A stretch of DNA of 64,000 bases from Chrysomallon squamiferum (Eukaryota > Animalia > Mollusca). Under the pieces are notes generated by a model. The model searched no databases and was not told the DNA's origin. It worked only from the letters and a program-made list of their open reading frames with translations. This document shows, piece after piece, positions 42,367 through 56,994 of this stretch. Numbering within the stretch: position 1 is the stretch's first letter; each line of letters begins with the position of its first letter. A program made the position numbers and the translations under genes. The stretch is from NCBI GenBank assembly GCA_012295275.1, contig CM022669.1, positions 3,782,001-3,846,000 of the forward strand, written 5' to 3'.

Positions 42367-43674
42367 TTGTGTATTTGTATATGTGTTTGTGTATTTGTGT
42401 ATTTGTGTGGATATGTGTTTGTGTATTTATATACGTGCGTGCTCAACAACAACATTATTGTGAATTTGTTACACATATAATTACATATATGTGTGTACAA
42501 CTGGCTGGACAAATAGATGACGAATCCACGACTAGCTGAGTTAATAGACTTGCGATTGATGACTATATGAATAGACTTGCGATTGATGAATATATGAATA
42601 ACAATTGTATGTCGGCTTCTGTGTAAGTGTTCACATATTCTCCTTTTGCGTGCGTGCGTGTGCTTTTATTAACAAATTCATTTTGATGGATTAGGAAAAC
42701 TGTCAAATGTATAAGCTATTTATTGTTCATGTTAACGGATTTTTTTTTTCAGGAATATTTCCCTATGTATGTGTGTATGTATGTATTTATATATAGTTAT
42801 TTATTTACTTTAATTAAATTTCGTTGGTCTATTTATTTGTTTATTGAACTATTTATTTGTTTCTCTATATGCTTATTTCTTTATTGTTTTAATTATTTTT
42901 GTTTAATTTTACAGTTTGTTGATGTATTGCTCTCACTGATTTTATTTCTTTCCTAACCAATAATAATAATAATAATAATAAAGAAATTGTTTTTTTATAA
43001 TTGTTTTTATAATTATTTTTATCATTGTTATTGTTGTTGGTTTTCTTTATTCTACTTCATTCTTTATCTCCATCACACAAAGAATCAAATGCTTAGTTAT
43101 ATTTTGTTTATATATGATCGCTTACTGGGGATTTTTTTTGGTTGTTTTTTTCTTCTTCTTCTTCTTCTTCTTCTTCTTATGAAACAGCTTTGTAATAAAA
43201 ACTATTGACACAGGCGTTTGCTATAACATTTCGTTTTTACGTCCTAGGTCTTAGAATTAAACCGTTTTACAAAAATCAGAGTCAAAAATTGTAAAGCAAT
43301 TTATATCGACGATCCAAGCGTATAATGAGTTACAGATGGCTGCAGACGATTGTGTTCATCTGAAAACCCAATCTCGTTCGTGTTCCGCGCTTTATAAACA
43401 TTTATTTTTTCCTCTAATGGTGTGCTAAAAGAACTGAGTTGACTTATTCGTCCGAGGTCAACACGAGGAAGAAAAAAAAGTAAAAGAGAAAAGATTAAGA
43501 GGAAATAGCGGTCATCACGCATCCATTAAATGATGACATAATAGCAGTGATTAAATGACACAGGTTGACTCTTATTTTCTTCATTAAGACAGTCAAAACC
43601 TACGCATGCATGCACATGCTAACACACGATCGCACACGCACACACGCACTAGAGATACATATACAAACTCTCAT

Positions 43675-43827
<153 letters not shown>

Positions 43828-44502
43828 TGCGCGCTTACAGATACCACAAACACGCTGTTAGCCTCTCACATGCATTCCGTCAACTGTTATCATTTCGTGT
43901 ATGCAGTGGATGCCTATGAGACGAAGGGCTTAAAGCTAATACACTACAGAACACTGAACATAACCGCAAGCGCAAAACTATGCATTTTCCTCATACTAAT
44001 ACTTTACACCACCTCCATACTTAAAAAGAGTACATTAGAGACTCTTCATTTAATTTGCTCTCTCCCTCGCTTTGCACATTATCTGATATTATTCATTTCA
44101 TTAAGTAAAGAGCTCAAACTGGAATGATTAAAAAGAACCATCTTTGGTGACGAAAGCACTCTCAAAATCTTGCAGGCTGTTCAAACATAATTAAGTAGTT
44201 GGTATCCAATTTGACGTCTGCCGAAACACCAATGGTAGAGAAACGATTTCTTTTTTTTTTTTTTTTTTTTTAGAGGCAGTTTCGTACTTGCATTACGAAT
44301 AGGTTTTATCAGTTTTTGCTATTGTTGAAATCGTTGAAATTGTAATTTTATTATTTTTTGTATTTATAATTGCTTTTATTTTTATTTATTTTTATTCATT
44401 TATTTTTTATTTTAATAAAATTAAGACAATATTAAAAATGAACAAATTTAAAATAGCTATCAGTACTCTCTCTTTGACAGAGGGAAAGTACGGAGGAAAT
44501 AA

Positions 44503-44554
<52 letters not shown>

Positions 44555-45460
44555 CCCCACCTACCTGCATATCTGTATATCTACCTGCAAGTCCATCTAT
44601 CTACCTGTTCGTCTGATTACAATTTGTTGTTATTATTGTAGTTGTTTTTGCTTTAAAATGTAGGATTATGAGTAAATATAATGATAATAATAATAATAAA
44701 AGTACTATTATTAGTAGTAGCAGCAGCAGTAGTAGTACTATTACTTGTATCCCTCTTCTCATTACCACCATCATCACTATGATAGTTAACAAATTCAAAA
44801 AGACAACGACATTTTTTGCTTAACGTTTTTTTTTTTCTTTTTCTCGAACACTAGAAAGAGAAAAAAAATCAAAGTATTGTATTGGCATTTGTGATTGACT
44901 TCGCGAGTCGGTGCCTCACTCATTCAGAAGATATAACAAGTCCGCGTTGTCGAATCTGACGTCTCTTAGATATATTGTTCCTGTAAATCGTTTACGTGTC
45001 TCGTTTATTGCGAAGAGTTGTTATTGATTTCACTTACATCACAGCAGGAATAAAGGACAATGTACTTAGCGGTGTTCGCGTTCCCCCATCAATCAGACGT
45101 GCCTTAATAACAACAGATAACATTATTCTGCGTTGAGTAAACATCCTTTACAGTCCTCGGTGTCCGTGCCGATGTTTGTGTTTGTTTGTTCTGATTTTTC
45201 TTTTCATTTGTGTGTGTGTGTGTGTGGTTCGAAGCTTTACATATGATTTAATTATTTAAAATAAGTATTTAATATATATATATAATTGTCGTTTTTTGTT
45301 TATTTTAAAAAATTTTTATTTATTTATTTATTTATTCATTCAATTCATTCATTCATTTATTCATTCATTTGTTTGTTTGTTTGTTTGTTCCTGTAGTTAC
45401 TGTACTTATTTTTGATGTCACATATTTGCTCTTTTCGTCTTCATTTGTTGAAGCTAACGA

Positions 45461-45500
<40 letters not shown>

Positions 45501-45672
45501 AGTAGTAGTAGTAGTAGTAGTACTAGTAGTTGTAGTAGTTGTAGTAGTAATAATAGTCGTGGTAATATTGGTTATTCTTTTTAGTACTACAATAATAACT
45601 GTAGAAGTAGCAATAATGTTTCATTTCAGACAAAATGAAAATGAGTCCTGTTAAGTTTTTTTAGTAATGAAA

Positions 45673-45714
<42 letters not shown>

Positions 45715-48381
45715 TATATATATATATATATGTTTTCACGTGATTTGTTACAATACATGTATTAGCTGAAACCAGATCACGATTCCTTATGACAATATCA
45801 AAAAGTCTTCAACAGAGCAGAAAGAGATTTCTTGTTTAAATGAAGCAACGTGTCAAATATACCACAAGACGTGTGTTTGTCTCATTCTGTTTCTTTGAGC
45901 AATTTCCAAGAAAAAATTAGAATAATACAAACTGCTATAGGTCACGCAGTAACTAGTTCAAATGTTGTTTGTAGAGTAAAGCTGACATTTATCAGTCTGC
46001 TAAGAATTTCCTGTTTTTCCTTTAGCTTTTAAAAACATTTTAATTTCTCTGTGAAATAGAACATCATGAATCCATGCCAGAAAATAACACTCAGTATTAA
46101 TCTAACATTGTTGTCGACTTTATTGTTGTTAAAGGTTAGTTTCTAAAACAAATAAAATAATAATTTAGAAATATTTAATTCGTATGTTTGCACATTATAC
46201 TGTATTTCTTTCGAAACTTCTAAGATCTTTTTATCAAAACTTCACAACGATATTATCTTAGTGTTTGTCATAAAGGATATCTTTTTTTTCATTTTTTCTT
46301 TTCTTTTTTTCTCTTTTTATAAGTTATTGTCTTTTTTATTTCCTATTTCTTCTGTTTTCTCAAATTATTTCCCTCTTATTCTGTACTTGTAACACACAAA
46401 ACATCTGCTGTTTAAACAAAAACAATAATTTTGATAAAGTGCCGTTGCTCTTATTGCGTTATTCGAAATATCAGTGACAGGCTGCCGCCAGGTAGATTCT
46501 GCGGCGCCAATTAGCGTGTTTGTTTTTTCTTGTAACAGCCACTGTCGACTGTATCGGGTTTCATTTTTTTAATAAGCTAAAAATATTTTATATTTATCAG
46601 TCATTCATGTGATACGTTTTTTTTTTTTGTTGCTGGTTTGCTGTATGCAGGTTGTATGAAAGACGTTTTAATATCAGTAATAAATGTATGATTAAGAATA
46701 AATATGGGATTATTTGCAAAAATGTTTAATATAGTTTGGGGTTTTTTTCGATAAAATTTGATAAAAATAAATGATTATTAAGTAATGAAATATTTTTGTG
46801 TAGTATTTAAGTAACTATTGCTTTGTGATAAAGAATGTAAGTCAACGTGTTTTGAATGAATGTATGTTTGTATATGTGTGTGTGTATGTGTTTGTGTGTG
46901 TGTTTTGTATGTGTGTACACACAGATATATCTGTGTTAACCATTCATACAAAATGTGTTTACTTAAGGTCTATATATATATTCACTACAGACAAGATTCG
47001 TTGCATCGCCAACATACTAATTTGCTGATCATAACACAGTATAAAGCATGCCTGTTATGGACTTAGAGTTGAGTAAACTAGGTCCTTTGTCTGAGGTCGT
47101 GTTTCAGGCTTACAAAGCAATATGTTAGGGCAATTTTGCACTCCTCATATTATGGTCAGGAGCCAGCTCTGGGAAGTAAATTTGGTTTCTATTCGGTTTT
47201 AAGACAAATACGTTATCCACGGTGCCACCAAGACTGGTCTAAACCAGGTTCATCTCTATTTTTATAGTTTCTATGGGGGCTAACGTCCATACCCGCACTT
47301 AAATAATTAACCGTTGTAATTTGTTATCTATTGAAATAGTTTGATTTGCACAGGCTACAAATACCGTGCATTGAGGAGATCTCACTCGTAAAGGTCTGTA
47401 GGTGAGCTGCTGTATCTTTGTACGGTTTAATCAGGTTTCCTTCTGGTCCTCTCATGAATAAGAGAGTTAATCACAACGGAATAATGACGCATCGTAAAAA
47501 GAAATGACTGCTCAACGTTAGCCGTTCGATTCTACAAAAGTTCGCATCTTAATTTCCATATTTGCTATCGGCGATCCATTGACCCAAGACATATTGAAAG
47601 GAAATTCATAGAAATAATGCAAAGAAAGATGCATAAAGAAAGGAACTTTATTATAGAAAATTCCATTTATATGTCATTGGTAGCTACATTACTGCCGAGT
47701 TAACCACTCATCCGCTCTTAAGAGAGAGACTAGGAGATTTTGTTTTTTGTGTGGATTTTTTTTGTGGGTCTTTTCTTTCCACTCTTTATATTCTGAAACA
47801 TCCATTACCGATTGCAAATGATCACTTAGACTGTCTTCTGGTTTGAAAACGGAAGCTAAAAGACATATTTGATTTCTTGAAGTCCCGCTAACAGCACTTA
47901 AGAATCGTTACAAATGTAAGATTTACCTCAGCAGTGTCTGACTGCGAGCTACTTTTTAAATGTTGTATTTCTTTTACCGGTTAAAATCATATCCATTGAC
48001 TGAATAATAATAATAATAAGAAGAAGAAGAAGAAGAAGAAACTTATTAATAATCTCCAATATAAATATCTGAAAGTATAATTATTATCTAAAGATAGCTA
48101 CAATTCATTCATTCATTCATTCATCTAGTTATTCATTCATTTTTTGATTCATTTGTTATTTTCCTTCCTATATTTGTTTTCTACTATTTCTCCACTGTCT
48201 TCATCGTCATCTTCATCGTCATCTTCATGTTGTTGTTTTGGTTCTTATTGCTATTGTTGCTACTTTTGCTATACTAATCATAATCATCGTTGTCGTCATC
48301 ATCATCATCATCATCATTATTACCACTATCTCTACTATTAGTATTGTTACTATATTACTGCAACTACTACTACTACTACTA

Positions 48382-48438
<57 letters not shown>

Positions 48439-49180
48439 TTAGCTCTACTACCACTACCAACTAATAATCTATATCATAAATGGTATGCATACATTTTCTC
48501 TATGCAAGCCCTGTAATTGCAACAAATGTACTGGATTTTGATTTCACTTCTTTCCGACACATTAACAAAACACAAACCCTGGTAATTGCCTATCTCCAAG
48601 CGTTTCCTATGTCTGAAGTTGATTGCGGACAAGCCGTTTGAGCTAATGATATTTCCTTGTATGTGTCAGCCCACACGATCACTCGGTGACGAATATTAAG
48701 TTAATTCATGTGTGGAATATGGCTACTTATCGCATGTTCTGCAGATGTTTTCTGAATCGTCAGACAAAACTGATTTGGTAATTCACTAATCTAATTACTT
48801 TCACCGATTATTTTATTAAGAACGATCAGCTTTTACACACCCAGAAAAAAAAATCCAGTAAATAATGGTCGATTTGTATGTGTTTGTTTATCTGTGTGTG
48901 AATGTATGCTTTATATGCGAGTGTGTTTGTGTGTTGTGTGTGTATTTATATGAATATGAATATGTACATTTTATGTATATGTATATCTATTTATGTTTGT
49001 GTGTATATGTGTCTGTGTATTACATATAATGTTTATGTATATATACGTTAATATAAACACATTTATTTATGCTTTGTATTTTACGTCAACGAAACTCTCT
49101 CACAACTCTATATTGTTTAATTTAAACATGATGCTACTTTTGCTATATTTGGTAACAGATACCTCTGTTTCTGTTTTCAG

Positions 49181-49225
49181 GATGAAAAGAATCAAGTGAT
49201 GACTACAAACGTCTGGCTTAGACAG
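49181..49225 (+). CDS. Gene B 45-nt exon (loop D)
   Basis: TTTTCAG acceptor, GTACAT donor; DEKNQVMTTNVWLRQ. Confidence 0.95.
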
Positions 49226-50488
49226 GTACATTTAGCTTTTATTTCTTCTTTTTCTCATTGCAACATCAAAGCACTCTAGATATTGAATTCTCACAATTAA
49301 CATTATTAAGCGGAATCTCCCCGTTTCGGTTAATAAAATTTGGTTTTCTTTAGAAAATAGCAGCAACGACAGAATTAACGTTCAAGGGATGTCTGGTGTC
49401 TAGCATTTGACCGGTATTAAGGAGACTATCGCTTAACCAATTTGCAGTTCGCTAAAAGGAAAACTGTATATTTGTATTTTGCGTCTGTCTGACTCCGAAG
49501 CTAAATATACTCAGAAGTGTCATTTCAGAACATTTCCTTTTTTCATTAAATGACTCTATTAAAGAGTCTTTCTTCTGCTGTTACAGGACAATGTATCAAG
49601 AACGCCTTAATGATGATAACGATGATAATGATGTTAGTCATATCAGTGGGTATAGTTCCATTCGTAATAATGCTAGAAAAAAATAAAAAAGTAATTAACT
49701 ACAACAAAAACAACAGTAACAAAACAATAACAACAACAATAATAATAATAGTAATATAAAATAAAGAACAACAACAACAACAACGACAGCGACAATAATA
49801 ATAATAAAAAATACTACTAGTAATAATCATAAACTGATGTTACAGAAAAAGGAGTTGTAGAGGTGACGGCAAATGTTGTTGTTGTAGCAGTAAATGTAAC
49901 AGTAGCAGAAATACAAATATATTGAGAGTAGTGATAGTACTTATAGCGTCAGTAATAGTATGGACAACCAGTAATAGAACTGAACAGTAGCAGTAGTTGT
50001 AGTAGTAGTAGAAGCAGTAAAAACAGATGTAGTAATAGAGCTAGAAGTAGTAGTTGATTTAGTAGTAATTGTAGGACAAGTATTAGTATTACTAGTATAG
50101 TAGTAATACTATAGTATTTGTTGTTGTTCTAATATTTTTACAGTTATAGTAATATACATTACTACCACTACTAGTAATACGTGTACTACTACTACTACCA
50201 TACTTCTATTACTACTACATTACTACTACTAGTATTACTACTACATTACCACACTACTACTCCTGCTGCTACTACTGGTCCTGTTCCACTATTACTACTG
50301 CTACTGCTAATACTAATATTACGATAACTAGTACTACTATTACCATAGAAACTAGTTGCTAATAATAATACTAGCCTTGCAGTTCATCAACTATTACTAC
50401 TCTCAGTATATGTATTTCTGCTACTATTCCATTTATTCCTACAACGTCTGTATTTGCCAGTGCACTACAGCATGGTTTTATCTTGCAG

Positions 50489-50598
50489 GAATGGTGTGAC
50501 AGAAAGCTGATTTGGACACCAGATGAATATGGCGGTGTCGATAAACTCTACGTACCGTCAGACCAAATCTGGCTTCCAGATATAGTTCTATATAATAA
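50489..50598 (+). CDS. Gene B 110-nt exon (loop A)
   Basis: CTTGCAG acceptor, GTAAGT donor; [36 protein letters not shown](N). Confidence 0.96.
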
Positions 50599-50903
50599 GT
50601 AAGTAACAATAACAACAACAACAACAACAACAAAAGAAATGTATTAAATACTATATAAGCTTCGTGAAGATCCTTCTGTAAAGAAAATTAATATGAGAGA
50701 TTTTCTGTAAAACAAAAATAATGAATGTAATCTAAATCTGAATATACATATTATAACGTCTTCTTTTTACTTTTTTTATTAATTAATTAATTATAATTAT
50801 ATTTATTTATTTATTTATTTAGTTAGTTAGTCAGTTAGTTTTTATTTATTTAGTTTTTTGCTATAAATTCAATAGCTAGGTAATTTATCTGTTACATTTT
50901 CAG

Positions 50904-51915
50904 TGCTGACGGTAACTACGAGGTCACACTAATGACTAAAGCTACAATTCACTACAATGGCAAAGTTGTTTGGGAACCTCCAGCCATATACAAAAGCTCT
51001 TGCCCCATCGACGTCGAGTTTTTCCCGTTTGACATTCAGAACTGCAAGCTAAAGTTTGGGACGTGGACGTACGACGGAGACCAGGTTGACCTCGTTCACA
51101 TCTGTGCACAAGGAAGTGAGCCGAACGTCGTGGTGGAAAGCGGAGTTGATCTCAGAGACTTTTACCCCAGCGTGGAGTGGGACATTTTGGAAGTGTCTGC
51201 CACGAAGAACACTCGCAGATACCCGTGCTGCACCGAGCCGTATCCTGACATAACGTTTGAGGTGACAATGCGCAGACGTACTCTGTTCCACACGGTTAAC
51301 CTCATCATTCCCTGCGTGGCCATCTCGTTCCTCACGATTCTTGTCTTCTACCTCCCGTCCGACTCGGGCGAGAAAACCACTCTGTGTATATCCATTCTCC
51401 TCACCCTGACGTTGTTCTTTTTGCTGCTGGCTGAAATCATTCCACCGACGTCCATAGTCGTACCGCTGATCGGAAAGTACCTGCTCTTCACGCTGATACT
51501 AGTCACATTGTCCATCATCGTAACCGTCATTGTTCTCAACGTCCATTTTCGCTCCCCAGCTACGCACAGCATGGCCCCGTGGGTAAGGAGAGTATTTCTG
51601 AACATTCTGCCCAGGCTGTTGCTGATGCGGAGGCCTCATCATGACTACGACTGCTCGTCCAAGACGATGGTGAAGTCGTGTAACGGTCTGGAAGTCCAGA
51701 ATGACAGTCGAGACCCGCGAAGCTTCGAAGGAAGGTCTTTCCTGGAGCTGTCGTCGTCGGAATATCAACGAACGTTACAGGAGGAGGTGTTAGTGGTTCA
51801 GCGTGAGCTGTCTCCAACGAATCGCAGGAAGTTCTATTCGAAGGAAGTGAAGGACGCGCTGGAAGCGGTTAACTTCATTGCAGAACACATGAAGCTGGAG
51901 GATCAAACGTCCGCG
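50904..51915 (+). CDS. Gene B large exon (Cys-loop to MA helix)
   Basis: TTTTCAG acceptor, GTATGT donor; [13 protein letters not shown]...[15 protein letters not shown]...[10 protein letters not shown]...[14 protein letters not shown]...EDQTSA. Confidence 0.97.
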
Positions 51916-52762
51916 GTATGTACTTGTCTGACAAAGTGTGTACGACCATACTGCCTTCTTAGTACTTTTTATTATTATTATTATATATATCCCTGAGATT
52001 ATAAATGGAAGATGCAACTTTACAAAGTTTTTAATGTGACAACAACAACAACAACAACAATAAAACAGTGAAAAAAAAAAAAAATGAAAAAAGCAAAAAA
52101 AAACCCCAAAACCCCCAAACAAACAATAAAAAAATAAAAAAATAAATATGCAATAAAAATAAAAACGACAACAAACAAACAAAAATGATATATAAGATGA
52201 TTATATTTTCCATTCAGGTTTTTTTAGACTGTTTTAATCTATGAAATAATCTAAGTAATAATCTATGAAATTCTAAAGTAATAAAACACCGTAAATGACC
52301 ATTTTCATCTTGATCCATTATTACATTCTTGATCCACATTCTTACGATCTTGTTGTGCATTTGTTATGCTTCACTAATATCATAGGGCTGGCATTAAGTA
52401 ATAATATAAAAATCATTTAAAAATATACGAAATTCTCAAAGATTGTATGTTCACACCATCATACTACCATAGGTATTTGATTAAGATAGAAAATCTTCTT
52501 TAATTAATTTTGAAGATGCAAAACATCAAAACGTCTATTAAATACATATATATATTAATGTTCATAATAAATGTATATAGATAAATAACAGTGTAGTCTG
52601 CAAATCTCTTAACTTACCTGCAAAATGATCCTGTCATTTAGACATCCAGTTATACCGACCTGCATTGTTATATCTGTCATGACGTCATCATATTATTCCA
52701 ACGTAGCGGATGACGTAAAATGTAAACAAACAGAAGACATTAACGGGGTCGAACGATATTAT

Positions 52763-52821
<59 letters not shown>

Positions 52822-52910
52822 CATAATAATCATAATAATAATATCGTTAGCTTCATCATTTTAAATTTAAATTATTTCAAATTCTCGGATGTGTGTATTT
52901 ATAATTTCAG

Positions 52911-53096
52911 ATTGAAGAAGATTGGAAATACGTTGCCATGGTGCTTGACCGTATGTTTTTGTGGATCTTTACAACGGCATGTATTGTAGGTACATTTGGA
53001 ATTATCCTTCAGGCGCCCTCACTTTACGATCAACGAGAACCTCTGACGTCATCAGATTTTGCGGACAGTTGTTACCAAGCGTATGCATCCAGATAA
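52911..53096 (+). CDS. Gene B last coding exon (M4)
   Basis: TTTCAG acceptor; [61 protein letters not shown], then TAA. This frame is missing from the ORF track. Confidence 0.96.
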   Translation: MEEDWKYVAMVLDRMFLWIFTTACIVGTFGIILQAPSLYDQREPLTSSDFADSCYQAYASR

Positions 53097-53322
53097 TGAC
53101 ACAATCTACCTCATTTGTTATTGTTGTTTACATGGAAACTAAATATAAACTGTTATAAGAAGGAAAAAAAACTGATTATAATTATTGTTCGAAATGTTAA
53201 TCAAATTTGTTCTTACATTCTGCACAAAATGTCCGTCTTGGAAAAATTAGGTTAGTGGAAATGATATGCAAACATTACATTATTATACGTTATATTATTT
53301 TACATTATTATTATTATTATTG

Positions 53323-53378
<56 letters not shown>

Positions 53379-54071
53379 TATTACTAACATTTAAAGATAG
53401 TATGCACAGCTAACATGTTCTATACTAGTATACAATTAGAACTGGTTGGGTGATAAAGATTTCACATTGTTCTTACAGATTTTTATGTGAATATAAAACT
53501 GACGTTTTAAAGATATCTGTGAAAATAAAAATATAATAGGTTTAAATACATATTGTTTCTCTTTTAATTTAAATTAGCATAAATCTTTTCTTTTTCTCCT
53601 GTCTGTCTTTCCTTTCTTCCGTTTTGCACTGTATATGTTCCTGTGTATCTGGCTTTCGTGTGTTTATGTATGTATGTATGTATGTATGTATGTATGTATG
53701 TATATGTATGTATGTATATATATGTATGTATGTATATATGTATGTATGTATGTATGTGTATGTAAAGTTGGTAGATACGTATTTTACTTAATATCAATAA
53801 ATAAATAAAATAAAAAAATAATAAAAAATTAAATTAACATAACATTTGTGCTTAGTTTATTTTAGTTATTTTTTTATCTTTGTCTTATTTTACTTGATTT
53901 TATTGTCATTTTTTGTCTTTTCGTAATATTATTTTTAATAAGAATAAGAGTAGTAGAATTAGTAGTAGAAGCAGAAGAAAAAGAAAAAGAAAAGGAAGAT
54001 AAAGGGAAGGAATAAGAAAGTATCAATAATAACAACAACAACAGTAATAATAACAATTTTTTAACATCATT

Positions 54072-55001
54072 TATCGAGACCTGGATGCACTGCAACATGC
54101 TGAAGCTGAGAAGACCGTTGTGATGATTTTCACTTCTAAATAATAACTCAAAGAACGCTGACACCATACCAGTTACTGTGGGTGATGCCTTCCTAACTTC
54201 AGTACCATACATCTGAAATCTTTGCTGTAAGTTTGATTCTACAATGACTATGGAACATCAAGTGAATGTAATATATCGGTCTGGCTATGCTCAGCTATGG
54301 AAGATCGGTAGAATTTAGTAGTATCTCACCAGAGATGCCATAAAAACACTGGTGAATGGACTTGTGACGTCACGACTGGACAATTGCCATGGTCTACTGC
54401 ACAGGTTGCTCAACAAACTGCATCGGGTCCAGAATACTGCAGCACGCATTGTGACCAGGTCATGATCACAGACATATGTCGCCAGTACTGAATGCGTTCC
54501 TCTGGTTGCGTGTCCACTGTAGGATAAAGTACAAGCTCATGGTCCATACATACACAACACCTTGAACGATCGTTCCCCAGAGTACATCAAGGACATGCTG
54601 GAAGCGTAAAGACCAAGCCGGACTCTGCGATCACAGAATTCATTAAGATTAGTAACACCAAAAATAAGAACAACTACAAACAGCCAGAGATGTTTCAGTT
54701 ATTGCTGCACCAACTTTGTGGAACTCACTCCCAAGTAACATCAAGGAGGCTGAAACATCAACTGCATTGAAAACTACTAAAGACCCATTTCTTTCCCAAA
54801 TCTTTGTTAATATATAATTATGTTTTATTTTTCCAATTTTAATTACCTTGAAATATGACATTTTTTGTTTTTTTTCACCATTAAGCTTACATTTATTTTA
54901 ATATGTTTATGTCCATGTCTTTTGTATTTTAGTTTATTAATTTACGCTGTAAAACATCATTGAACTTACTTTTTATGGAAAAAATTCTATATAAATATGG
55001 C

Positions 55002-55057
<56 letters not shown>
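54072..55057 (+). mobile_element. 5'-truncated, decayed non-LTR retrotransposon (L2/CR1 group) 3' end with (AAT)n tail
   Basis: Interrupted translation IETWMHCNMLKL...KIGRI**YLTRDAIKTLVNGLVTSRLDNC...LHRVQNTAARIVTR...RIKYKL...RTLRS...AAPTLWNSLP, the typical post-RT C-terminal region of L2-type ORF2. Contains stops and frameshifts, followed by an AT-rich 3'UTR and microsatellite tail. Confidence 0.9.
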
Positions 55058-55805
55058 CATTCATTTTTGCTGTTCATTATTTGGAAAAATTCCAACTAGA
55101 TATACCGAATGAAGTGAAATCAAATTATTAAGCATAGAGAAATCTACGAATTTCTACTACATTTGATACATACTGTCTCAGGACTAATATATTTATTCTC
55201 ATAACAACACTTAAAACTAACAGAGTACTGACGTGAACAAATAAACCTTGGTCCCAAAATGAGCAACCTAGCACTTACTTTATTCTAAGCTAATTAAATT
55301 TCCCGTTATTAAAGAGACTATAGAAAACGTCCAATCAAAACGACTGAAACACGATCGTACAATAGTACTGTCATAACACTACGCTGCGTATTTCAATATT
55401 GTCAGAATTGGCATTTTCGTATACTTCTTAACCGCATCATGGCTTTGCCCGTATCGATATCAGTGTCACAGTCATCACAAATATTATTCCAGTTTATGAA
55501 CAAACTTAATGATATCACGAAACGGAAAAATTGTATTACATGGCTTCGCGTTTCGCTTTGTCGTACCGTTCGATTTGCTCTGAGTGCAGAGCAGGCATTT
55601 CACGCCATTTCTGGATTTTTGGCTTTACCGACTGACAGTCTCCACTCCAGAATGATGCATTACTGCTACAGTTTTACCTTCGATCTGTGATTACAAGTCT
55701 AGCCTTTGAAGTTGGTTAATTCTACTTGTTCCAGACAGGATTTCCCGGTCCCTATCATCAGAGAAAACGTTTCCCAATTACAGTGAAAAACAGAAAAATA
55801 TGAAG

Positions 55806-55847
<42 letters not shown>

Positions 55848-56189
55848 AAGACGTTCTGATCTAATAATTGTTTTCGTATTTTCATTTGGGGTAATATTAT
55901 ATTGATTATGTCAATAAAATAAAACCGAGAAGAAAGTTTAAAATGTAGTTTGGTAATATATTTTGCTTTCTAATAATTATTATTATTAAAAAAAGAAAGA
56001 AAATAATAACAAACAAACAAACAAACAACATATTAACAAATCCGACTATAGGCTAGATACCTATAATTATATTTAAGAAGATCTGTAATATATTAGATAA
56101 TTAAAATTCATTAATAAATAACTATAAATATACATTTACTGATTTATTTTATTTTATTTTATTAATTTATTTGTTTATGATTGATTCAT

Positions 56190-56539
56190 AAAGGATAATT
56201 AAAATACAGTATAATTCTCCAAATCCACTGGCTGGAACGGGAAATGACTATGAGATAGCAACACATTCTGCTATATATCAGTTAACCTTATTATATACTG
56301 AATTAGGAAAGTATATATATATATATATATATACACACACATATATTACAAAATTACCAGATATTAACCTCTTCATCAAAACAAGTATTTTATATATGAT
56401 GAAAATGGCAAAGATACACTTTCCTTATTCAGTATATAGTAAGGTTAACTGATATATAGCAGAGCGTGTTGCTAATTCATAGTCATTTCCCGTTCCAGCC
56501 AGTGGATCTGGAGAATCATATTGTATTTAATTATCCTTT
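56190..56539. repeat. Long inverted repeat / foldback (arms ~56190-56316 and ~56414-56539)
   Basis: Left arm ...CCACTGGCTGGAACGGGAAATGACTATG...CTGCTATATATCAGTTAACCTTA... is the reverse complement of right arm ...TAAGGTTAACTGATATATAGCAG...CATAGTCATTTCCCGTTCCAGCCAGTGG..., with few mismatches. Confidence 0.92.
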
Positions 56540-56963
56540 CTCTTGACATATTGTCTTTACTGGGTAATCGATACGAAAAACTGTCTTACTGGCAATATTA
56601 AAAGTATTTAACAGCGAGTTCTTCATTTTGTTTCTTTGACCTCGGTTGCCACATCGAATACTCTTCAGTTAGCAGTTCTATTGGTATAATGATTTCACTC
56701 AAGATTGCAAATCGTTTTCTTTAATTAATAAATGAATTTTTGCCATTACAAACTGAGCAGAGGTCAGGAACTCAAGAAAGTAGTTGTTAGACGGGAACTG
56801 ATTAAAGACTTAATTGGTAATTTCAAACAGTCATTCGGGACTAAAGGTTTCTGTTTTATTTACGATCAAACTACAAGATTAAAATTGGACGTTTCGTGAC
56901 AGAAGATGATTAGAGAAAAAGACACGAGAAATCGTAACGAATATAGTACGTTCAATGCAGACA

Positions 56964-56994
<31 letters not shown>

